A stretch of 63,694 nucleotides of DNA, filler included, from Chrysochromulina tobinii (taxonomy: Eukaryota): NCBI GenBank assembly GCA_001275005.1. It is 5 parts of 5 records of this genome, joined end to end, with 100 filler letters (N's around TTAATTAATTAA, not from the genome) between each part and the next. Parts side by side here need not be neighbours in the genome. Positions count along the whole stretch, not along the records: positions 18,052 to 34,774 come from JWZX01000978.1; 4 more parts are not named here. One strand, written 5' to 3'. A program made the translations under genes and the position numbers. Shown in pieces: positions 21,179-29,552 of this stretch. The notes under the pieces were generated by a model, which did not search any database, was not told the origin of the DNA, and saw only the letters and a list, made by a program, of their open reading frames with translations. Within the stretch, counting starts at the first letter, position 1; every line of letters begins with the position of its first letter.

Positions 21179-22375
21179 TCAGCGCCCCGGCAGAGCCTGG
21201 AAGGTCTGTCGCTCCTCGGCGTCGATGCGCAGCGTCAGCGTCCTGCCGCTGCCGCCGCCCGCGCCGGGCCGAAGGAGCTTGAGTGCAAACGAGCAGGTCT
21301 CGCCAGGGCGGGGTAGCACCTGGTGGATCTCGTCCGTCGTCCCGATCTGCTTGCCGTCCACTTCGATCAGGAGGTCGCCCGGCTCGATGCCTCCCCGCGC
21401 GGCCGGCGAGCCAGGCACCACATTGTACACCTGCACGAGCCGAGGCGCGCTATGGTGAGCACTTGCATGCAAGGCGAGCGGGTGGTAACGCCGCTCTGGA
21501 TTGTACACCTGAACGAGCGTCTTCTTGTCGAAGGAGAACTCTCGCTGGAAGTTGCGCGGTGCGGGCTGCACGAGCGCGCCGAGCCCAAGGAAGGAGCGAC
21601 GCACGCGCCCATGCTCCATGAGCTCCGAGACGACCCACTCGGCCGTTGCGGCGGGGACTGAAAAGGAGATGTTCTGCGCCCCGGCGATGATGGCCGTGTT
21701 CACACCCACCACGTTGCCTTTGCTGTCCATGAGGGGTCCGCCAGAGTTGCCCGGGTTGAGCGTCACGTCGGACTGCACGATGCCCTCAATCAGCCGGCCG
21801 TCCTTGGCACGCATGCTCCGCCCGATGGCCGAGACCACGCCCGCGCTCACCGTCGACTGGAAGCCAAGAGGATTCCCAATCGCGACGACGAGCTGTCCGA
21901 CACGGAGGCCGCGCGGGCTGAGCGTGGCGAAGGGCAGACCCGACTGGTCGACACGCAGCAAGGCCAGGTCGGTCGCGACATCGCGCCCGCGCACCGTCGC
22001 CGACAGCGAGCGGCCGTCCGTGAGCGTGACTGAGACACCCATGGCATCGCCCACCACGTGCGCATTGGTGAGCAAAAAGCCGTCGGGCGAGATCAAGAAT
22101 CCACTCCCGGCACCCTGCGGGCGCCCGTCCGGCCCGGGGACGTTGATCGCGACGACAGCATCGCCGATCCTTTCCACGACCCCCACGACGGCCTGCGAGT
22201 ACGCATCAAGAGCTGCCAAGTCGGATGTACTCGTGCTCGTGCTCGCGTGACGCGCCGCGAACGTAAGCAAGCGTGATTGTTGCTGGACGTGCGATGGCAG
22301 GAGCAGTTTTCGACCAGCCCGAGGAGCGAAGCGAGAGAGGGTGGTCGTCATCATGGTCATCGAGATTGAGGGCAT
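21179..22375 (-). CDS. HtrA/DegP-family serine protease with PDZ domain; probable intron 21431..21508
   Basis: Catalytic triad TNAHVV, DLALL, NPGNSGGPL. PDZ motif VVPGSPAARGGIEPGDLLIEVDG. The basic, hydroxylated N-terminus resembles a mitochondrial presequence. An in-frame 78-nt GT-AG intron removes the duplicated LVQVYN. Confidence 0.93.
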   Translation of the reverse strand: MPSISMTMMTTTLSRFAPRAGRKLLLPSHVQQQSRLLTFAARHASTSTSTSDLAALDAYSQAVVGVVERIGDAVVAINVPGPDGRPQGAGSGFLISPDGFLLTNAHVVGDAMGVSVTLTDGRSLSATVRGRDVATDLALLRVDQSGLPFATLSPRGLRVGQLVVAIGNPLGFQSTVSAGVVSAIGRSMRAKDGRLIEGIVQSDVTLNPGNSGGPLMDSKGNVVGVNTAIIAGAQNISFSVPAATAEWVVSELMEHGRVRRSFLGLGALVQPAPRNFQREFSFDKKTLVQVYNPERRYHPLALHASAHHSAPRLVQVYNVVPGSPAARGGIEPGDLLIEVDGKQIGTTDEIHQVLPRPGETCSFALKLLRPGAGGGSGRTLTLRIDAEERQTFQALPGR

Positions 22376-22573
22376 CGCGCGAGATGGGAAACCGAGCGCC
22401 GTCTTTTAGCCAGGGGAAGTTCGAGAGAGACAGATGACTGACCAAAGTGGAGGACTGTGAACCGCAGTGAGAGAGCCTGGGGAACATGTAGTTCTCAGGC
22501 CTTTCCGTTTCCCGCGCTGAGGCGCCCCTGATGAGGGATGTAATTCGTGCCGTCGTTTCTCGTTGCGCAGAAG

Positions 22574-25396
22574 ATGGGGTCGCCCCGTCCTGTCCGCAAG
22601 AATGGTGGAAAGCTGATCTCGGCTGGCCGACAGTGTCAGGTGGTTGGCCCCGGGCTCGAGGGCGGTGTTTGTGGCGTCGCCAGCGTGATTCAGATTCGCT
22701 GCCGCACCAGTGGAGACGCTCCTGTCACCATGGGAGGTGATATCGTCAACGTCTCCATCACACCCGTGGGTGGCAACACGACGCATGCGCACGTCATCGA
22801 CAACACGGATGGCTCCTACACGGCCACCTACTTGCCTACGGTCGCCAGTCCGAACTGCAAGGTGCTGATCCAGATCAACGGCACGCACGTTGTGGGCTCA
22901 CCTTTTTCAGCGCAGGTCACGCCTGGACCGACCAACGCGCTTGTATCCTCAGTGTACGGCCGTGGTCTCTACGACGGTGTTGCGGGCCAGCCGTGCACCT
23001 TCACGATCATGACGAAGGATACTTACCGCAACCGGTGCACCTTGCCGGGAGACCAATTCTCCGTGACGATCAAGCCTATTCATTCATTGCTGCCAGAGTT
23101 GCAAACGTTTCTGCGCAAGTACGAGTTGAAGCCTCACCTCGAGGACAACGAGGACGGTACCCACTCGGTGACCTTCACACCCGAGTATGCGGGCTTCTAC
23201 GTGGTGGACGTGACGCTCGGCTCGCAGCCGGTAGGCGATGCGCCCTTCATGGTGTGCGTGTCGAACCCGTATGTAGCCTTCCCACCCACGCTCCAGTTCA
23301 CTCCGCTCGTGGGCGACGCGACGCATGCGCCGCCCGAGGAGGCCAGCTGCCCGCCCTCGCGCGATATGGTGCAAGTGCTCGATCGTGTGCTCGTGCTCAA
23401 ATCCGAGTCCCTGGAGCGCACCGGCGGTCGACCGCAGCGTGAGTATGTGCATGCATACAAGCTCAAGTCAGTCATGGCGCGCGGCAATGAGAAGTGGCGT
23501 CGCGCGCTGATCCGCTCGCAGCTGCCGAGCGTGGCGCCCCCGCCGTATCGGCGCGTGTGCCTGGCGCTGCCGACGAAGATCCTCGCGCTTTGCCATGCTG
23601 ACACCGACGGTGACCAGACGCAGATCACCGAAGCTCGCACCCTTGACGTGAGCGATCCCGACGCGGATCCGGTCGCTGGATGGACGATGCTGCAGCTCGA
23701 AGGCAAGGCCCCAAAGGCCCTCGATGGGTATGCTGTCGCGATGTGGGAAGGCAAGGGCATTGTCCTGATGTCCGGCGGACAGATCGCGGGCGGCGCGACC
23801 GTGTCGGACGTGTGGATGCTCTCTCTTCCGGGCACGGGGTCGACTACAGCCGTCTGGCGCTGCCTTGCGGAGTGGCCCTCCTCCGTGTTCAGCGGCGAGG
23901 GCATGGGCGAGAGGCGCAACCACTCGATGACGTTCCGACCGGGCTGCGACAAGGACGGCAAGCCGCACGCTCAATTTTGGATCTTTGGCGGCCGCGGCTC
24001 CGACGACGAGCTGCTCAACACCTTGTTCGTCTTCGATATGGAGGAACAAGCGTGGTCACAGCCGAGTGTGGTCGGGGACGCGCCAGAGCCGCGGGAACAC
24101 CATGCAGCGTGCTTCGTGGCGGAGCGCTACCTTGCCATATATGGAGGGTTCAATGAGACTGGTGACGTACTCGATTCGATGGCCGTCTACGATATCTTCA
24201 CAGCGGAGTGGTCCACAGTCACAGGCATGGCGGCACGCGCGCAACATCGCCTCTATGAGCGTGGCGGGACGCTCTACGCTATGGGCGGCGTCGACGCCAG
24301 CAAGCAGACAGCATCATCCATCCCCTTGTCTGCACCGATGAATCTCTTTTCGCAGCAAGCATGCCTCGACTTCGAGGGCAATTCGGCGCAGGCGGTCATC
24401 ATCAAGCCCTCACCCTCTCTGCAGGAGCTGCGCAAGACGTGGACAGTCGAGTGCATCTTCTACCCTCGGATGCGCAGCCAGTCGCCCGGATTCCAGCCAC
24501 TCATCGTCAAGTCGGATGGGGGACTCAAGACCGGATTCGGCTTGGTCACTTCATGGCTGCCCACGCCCGCCCTAAAGTTCCCTACAGGCAGAATCACGCC
24601 GTTGGCGCCTGAATCGGTTCCACCGGAGCCGGGTCCCTGGGTCATGTTCTTCGTCGGAGGCATGTCGCTGCCGACGATGGTTGGTGGCAAGCTGGAGCTG
24701 CATGCGTGGAATCACGTGGCCGCGACGTACGATGGCGCCAAGCTGCGCATCTACATCAACGGCGCCGCGCCTGTCGAGTCGGAATCTTCTGAGCCTCTCG
24801 CTTGCATCCCGACCGTCGACTTCCCGGCTGATGCACCGATGACCGACGAGATGGCAGAGACATTCCACACCAAGGGCGACGTCTGCATCGGTGGCATCAA
24901 GGACAAGCTTGCCTTCGATGGCAAGATCGATCTGTGCCGGCTGTGGGACGTGGTGCGCACCGAGGACGAGATCAAAGCCAACATGAACACCACCTACTCC
25001 CACCCTATCACGCAGCACCTCCTAGGGCAATGGACCTTCAACGAGGGCTCCGGCGAGACGGTCGTCGACTCGGGCGGCGCGCGCAACCACGGCTCGTTTG
25101 AGCGGTATGCGGGTGGCGTCGAGCTGCGGCGCGTAATGTCGGATCGGGGCACGATCGCGCCCTACAAGAGCGCCGCGGAGCGTTACATTGAGGAGCAGTA
25201 CGACAAGCTGCACGCGTGGAAGAAAAAGTTCCACGCCGACAACGGTCGGGCGCCCGGAATGGCCGATATGATGCTGGCTGGGCCGGAGATCGCAGGCGTT
25301 GCGCGCCGCTTGGGTGAGTTTGGAATGGAGTTTCACGGGTTCAAGGAGGAGAAGCCCCAAACGCCTGCGCCAGAGCCGGAGCCGGAGCCGGAGTGA
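22574..25396 (+). CDS. Filamin-repeat + Kelch + LamG domain protein
   Basis: Two filamin repeats (GPGLEGG...DNTDGSYTATY...GSPF; DNEDGTHSVTF). Kelch blades (WIFGGRG, PEPREHHAA, IYGG). LamG (WNHVAATYDG...FDGKIDLCRLWD...WTFNEGSG). Start uncertain: possible acceptor at 22570. Confidence 0.88.
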   Translation: MGSPRPVRKNGGKLISAGRQCQVVGPGLEGGVCGVASVIQIRCRTSGDAPVTMGGDIVNVSITPVGGNTTHAHVIDNTDGSYTATYLPTVASPNCKVLIQINGTHVVGSPFSAQVTPGPTNALVSSVYGRGLYDGVAGQPCTFTIMTKDTYRNRCTLPGDQFSVTIKPIHSLLPELQTFLRKYELKPHLEDNEDGTHSVTFTPEYAGFYVVDVTLGSQPVGDAPFMVCVSNPYVAFPPTLQFTPLVGDATHAPPEEASCPPSRDMVQVLDRVLVLKSESLERTGGRPQREYVHAYKLKSVMARGNEKWRRALIRSQLPSVAPPPYRRVCLALPTKILALCHADTDGDQTQITEARTLDVSDPDADPVAGWTMLQLEGKAPKALDGYAVAMWEGKGIVLMSGGQIAGGATVSDVWMLSLPGTGSTTAVWRCLAEWPSSVFSGEGMGERRNHSMTFRPGCDKDGKPHAQFWIFGGRGSDDELLNTLFVFDMEEQAWSQPSVVGDAPEPREHHAACFVAERYLAIYGGFNETGDVLDSMAVYDIFTAEWSTVTGMAARAQHRLYERGGTLYAMGGVDASKQTASSIPLSAPMNLFSQQACLDFEGNSAQAVIIKPSPSLQELRKTWTVECIFYPRMRSQSPGFQPLIVKSDGGLKTGFGLVTSWLPTPALKFPTGRITPLAPESVPPEPGPWVMFFVGGMSLPTMVGGKLELHAWNHVAATYDGAKLRIYINGAAPVESESSEPLACIPTVDFPADAPMTDEMAETFHTKGDVCIGGIKDKLAFDGKIDLCRLWDVVRTEDEIKANMNTTYSHPITQHLLGQWTFNEGSGETVVDSGGARNHGSFERYAGGVELRRVMSDRGTIAPYKSAAERYIEEQYDKLHAWKKKFHADNGRAPGMADMMLAGPEIAGVARRLGEFGMEFHGFKEEKPQTPAPEPEPEPE

Positions 25397-26015
25397 CCGC
25401 GATGATGTTCCCCACAGGAACGCCTCCTGGCGGGGGCGTTGTTTAGAGCACATGTGCTTAGGGCAATTCATGACGCTGAGGCGTCCCTCGGCTGCTCCCG
25501 TCACCCATCCGGATCCGCCCCGCCCTCTCGTTGTTTGCATGTGTGGCCGTGTCTGTGTGCTCGCTTATGATGCGATGCTGTTCTTGGTGTATCGCGGTAC
25601 GTCATGTGTGCAGCCATGTGTGGACCTGCGCCGGAGGATGGAGGAGGGTCAGGGTGACGGCCTGGGATTATATGTACAAGTCTGAATTTAAGGCCCGAGC
25701 CGAGTTAAGTGCCGAGTCCGAGCTGGTGCTGGAGGTGGAGCTGCCTCCGACCGCTCCGATGAACGGTCGGCGAAGATAGAGATCAAGATCCAAGATTGGT
25801 TTTGCAATTGTTTTGCTCCGCTCGGCTGCACACAGCACGGACGTATTGTCGTCGTTCTCGGCATACCCACACATCTCGCGACCTATACGACTTGTCCTGT
25901 CTCCTGTGGCCGAACTCCTGCAAACTCGTTACAGTGCGACGCATGCATCTCAAACTCGTCTTTTCCTCAAGAAACAGATCGGGCGTCCACCTCTTGTGTG
26001 GTGACGAATAGGGCC

Positions 26016-29000
26016 ATGCTTGAGTCCAAAGCGCACCTCCTCGCTGCGCGGGCCCGCATCGCGCTCAGCGGTGAGACGGACGAAGTGGAGTCCAGCGAGC
26101 GGCACAGCTTCGCGGCGGCGCAGCCGCAGGGTGACGGCCACGACCTATCCACGGTGCTACACGCGTGGTGGGTGGTGGCGGCAGGCAGCGGCACCGCCGA
26201 GAGCCTGGGCTTTCCCGAGTACGTCGCGGTGGCCTCCCGCATCCTGGCGGCTTGTGGTGGTCAGGAGGACGCTGGTTCAGCATGCGAGATGGATTGGGAG
26301 CTCGAGTGCGGTGGCGACAAAAGTGCGCGTATGCTCCAGGAGCGATTCCAGACGATGCTGATGTCGCTCGGCGAGGTGCTGCCCGAGGGCGCTCCACTGG
26401 GTCGATTCTTGTCGCGGCTCTTGGGCGCCATCACCGCACCGCGAGCGCACGGCGAGGTGCCCACGCTCCGAGCTTGGCGCAGCATCACATCGATCGTGGA
26501 CAGCGGCGGCCGATGGCTCGAAGGCCGGATGGGATCCGCCATCGTCCCTCCAGAGTTATCCTCCGCTACATCGCCCATTACCCCCGCTTCTTCGCCGAGG
26601 GAAAGCAGCCGAAGGCCTGCCAGCGCATCCTTGACGCGGTCGAACCCGATGGTGTCGAGAACTAGGCCCTCGTCTGCAGGGCCCGTCTCCACGTCCGGCA
26701 TCTACCGCATGGCACCTCAGGTGGACGTCTACGGCATGGCATTTACGGACGCGACACAGGATACTTCACGCGCCTCGGAGAAGTTGACATGGAGTACGCT
26801 GCTGGCGGCCGAGCCGACGCCGTCGCCAGACTCGCCGATGGCCGCAGAGCGGCTTGGTCTCAGCTTGGCCAGCATGCACCTCGGGGTGAATCTCGGGGCT
26901 GATCTCGGTCTCGGGGTGAATCTCGGGGCTGATCTCGGTCTCGGGGTGAATCTCGGGGTTGATCTCGGTCTCGATGGGGACGTGTCCGATGAGTGCGCCT
27001 ACCGGGGCGCCGAGGAGCTGCTGGCACGCGCGCAGCAGCAGCGCCAGAAGGTGAAGCGCCAGCAGCGCGACGAGACCGGCTTCCACATCGGCACTGCCTA
27101 CGGCCACTCGCAGCAACAGCAGGCCCGGGCGATGCTCGGCATGGCTGATGGCATGGTCCTCCAGGCGCCGCCGCACCGTGTCGCGGCCGCCGCGCCGCCG
27201 CAGGGCAGCCCCATGACGCAGCGCGAGTACTTTGCGCAAGGGATGCTCGGTCCGCATGTGCGGCCGGCACCGACGAGTCGAGGACCCCATCCTGGGGGTA
27301 GTGGGCTTCTCAGTGGGCTTCCGGGCGGCGGTGGGCCGCTGAGAGCTCCTGGCCGAGGCACATGCCTTGACGCTGGCAAGCTCACCGTCCAGTCTCTCAC
27401 CTTGAGCGGTCCCGCAGCGATCAAGACCGCATCGGGAACAGGCGGCGGCATGTCGTGCGGCGGCGGCGCAGCGGACGCCAGACGCAGCGTCGTGCAGAGC
27501 GTCGTGCCGCCGTGCGTTCACCGCTGGATCTTTGCACCGCAGCTGCTGTTGCCTTCGCACTTGATGGGGTCTTTTGCAGCGCTGCCGGCTCTCCCAGCGA
27601 GCGGTTTTTATGCGAGCCCCACCGACCACCGAGTGGCACCAACTGGAACCGACTCCCTCACCCCTGGCCCTGCAGCTGGGGTGCACGGGGGCCTGCTGTG
27701 GTCCTCCTCGCCGCCCTCGACACTGCTCGCCGTCCCTCGTCCCCCACCGGCCGGGGCCTCGCCCTGCTCTAATAGCCTCCTGCGACAGGCAGCCTGCTAT
27801 AGCAGCACTCCATTGATGGAGGACTGCGTCGCCTCGCTCACAACGACCTTTGAAAACGCGCTCGCGCACCTGCAGCACTTCCAGCAGGTGCAGTGGCGAC
27901 TCGCCGTACCTCGGCCGCAGTCGGCCATCCAGCCTTGGCCGAGCTCCGAACTCGCGCTCCGTGCCTTCCACGCGCTCCGAGGCCTCGTCGTCCAATGCAA
28001 TCGCTTCGCCGCTGAGTTGACACCACTCGGCCAATGTGCGCGGGCGGAGGCCTTGCTTCGACCTGGCATGCAGGCCATTAAACAGACGAGTCGGCAGGCC
28101 GGCTGCTGGCCCCCTCGGCTCCTCCGCAGCCTCTCGTCGCTCAACTGCGCCTCGCTTGCCGGCCTTCATCTCGCTGCGGGTAAGCCCGACGTGGCATACG
28201 GCTACGCTTCGCACGCTCTCAAGATGGAGGCTGAGCACGGTGACTCAGACAACCCGGTGGGCTTGCGGCTGGGCATGGGGGTAGCCGCGTACGCCCTCGG
28301 CAAGTACAGCTCGGGCGTCAACATCCTTCGACAGGCGGCTCGGATCGGGCTGCAGCAGCTCCGCTCGTTGCAGCCCGGCTCGTCGGGCGTTGGGCATGGG
28401 GGCGTGCGTGCGGTCGACACGACGGCTACAGCAAATGTCGTCGCCACAAGCCGCAATACTCCAGGTGCCTTGTACGGCTCGGTGCTCGCGGCGGCTAATT
28501 ACGGGCGGTCGAGGCCCGTGGGGGTTGCTCAGGTGGAACGTCTCCCTGAGCGCGTCGACCCGTTCATCCCAATGCCTCGGCCACAGCTCGAGGATTGGAT
28601 GCATCGGAATCTTCTCGAGCCGCATGGAACCCGAGCTCGAGCTGACCGAGCTGCCGACAGCAGCCGGGGCTCTCAAGCATCGGCCGACGACGCGAGCGCG
28701 CTGCTGGAGCTGGGGCTTGGGTCGGCGCAGCGCTTCGAGAGGCTTCCGGAGGCAGAGAGGCAGCTGCTCCTCGAGATGCTGCAGCAGGCGATGATCGTCA
28801 TCTACATCTTCCTAGCCAGATGCTTCAAGGCGCTCGACAAGAGCCTTCATGCCGTCTCGGCGCTCACCCACGCTGCCAAGCTCTGCGAGGCGGGCGGCGC
28901 CGCCACCCTCCCCATGCTTCCCACTGTGCAAGGGCTCCTGCTCGCGTACGACGAGGCTGGGGGCGGATATGACCCTGCGGCGGCGAGCCGGCGGGCGTCG

Positions 29001-29195
29001 ATTGCGGCGATCTTGGCGGCACGGATCTCCCAGGATGAGCATCAGCAGACCCCATCGGCATCGCGCCCCTCGCCGGCGCCGCCGTCCCCGCCTGCTGCTC
29101 CAATCCGTGCGGCGACGCCAAGCGTGCGCCGTTCACCACGACGACCAGCTGTTCGCCCACCACGCTATCAGGTGCGAGATCGGGGGTCCACCTAG
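26016..29195 (+). CDS. Large hypothetical protein, low-complexity middle, TPR-like helical C-terminal region
   Basis: Open frame of >1000 aa. Helical repeats (LAGLHLAAGKPDVAYGYASHALK; LGMGVAAYALGKYSSG). Internal introns not excluded. Confidence 0.6.
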   Translation: MLESKAHLLAARARIALSGETDEVESSERHSFAAAQPQGDGHDLSTVLHAWWVVAAGSGTAESLGFPEYVAVASRILAACGGQEDAGSACEMDWELECGGDKSARMLQERFQTMLMSLGEVLPEGAPLGRFLSRLLGAITAPRAHGEVPTLRAWRSITSIVDSGGRWLEGRMGSAIVPPELSSATSPITPASSPRESSRRPASASLTRSNPMVSRTRPSSAGPVSTSGIYRMAPQVDVYGMAFTDATQDTSRASEKLTWSTLLAAEPTPSPDSPMAAERLGLSLASMHLGVNLGADLGLGVNLGADLGLGVNLGVDLGLDGDVSDECAYRGAEELLARAQQQRQKVKRQQRDETGFHIGTAYGHSQQQQARAMLGMADGMVLQAPPHRVAAAAPPQGSPMTQREYFAQGMLGPHVRPAPTSRGPHPGGSGLLSGLPGGGGPLRAPGRGTCLDAGKLTVQSLTLSGPAAIKTASGTGGGMSCGGGAADARRSVVQSVVPPCVHRWIFAPQLLLPSHLMGSFAALPALPASGFYASPTDHRVAPTGTDSLTPGPAAGVHGGLLWSSSPPSTLLAVPRPPPAGASPCSNSLLRQAACYSSTPLMEDCVASLTTTFENALAHLQHFQQVQWRLAVPRPQSAIQPWPSSELALRAFHALRGLVVQCNRFAAELTPLGQCARAEALLRPGMQAIKQTSRQAGCWPPRLLRSLSSLNCASLAGLHLAAGKPDVAYGYASHALKMEAEHGDSDNPVGLRLGMGVAAYALGKYSSGVNILRQAARIGLQQLRSLQPGSSGVGHGGVRAVDTTATANVVATSRNTPGALYGSVLAAANYGRSRPVGVAQVERLPERVDPFIPMPRPQLEDWMHRNLLEPHGTRARADRAADSSRGSQASADDASALLELGLGSAQRFERLPEAERQLLLEMLQQAMIVIYIFLARCFKALDKSLHAVSALTHAAKLCEAGGAATLPMLPTVQGLLLAYDEAGGGYDPAAASRRASIAAILAARISQDEHQQTPSASRPSPAPPSPPAAPIRAATPSVRRSPRRPAVRPPRYQVRDRGST
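26880..26973. repeat. 30-bp tandem repeat x3 (LGVNLGADLG)
   Basis: ctcggggtgaatctcggggctgatctcggt repeated three times. Confidence 0.9.
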
Positions 29196-29552
29196 GGAAG
29201 AATTGCGGTGTCGCATGCATTTATTCGGATTACGGACGGACTGCCGGACTGACCAGGAAAGGAAAAGGGAATCTCCTCGTATGTGGGAATCTTGTCGAAT
29301 CTCGTCGAAAGACGAAACACTGGCAAAAGCAAGGAACCATTCATGCCCTTAAAACACACAAAAAGTAGACCACTCCCCCTTGGGTCAAGGTCGCTCACGA
29401 ACCAGAGGGTCCAATAACCGCAAATTCCGCACTGGTGCACATTTGCTGTTCACATTCACGAGTGCGCAGCAAGCAACCGTCGCGATGCACATTTCCGAGG
29501 CTAAAGGGACCACTCGAGCCTTGGCACCACACTCGAGCCGTGGCATTCCAAA

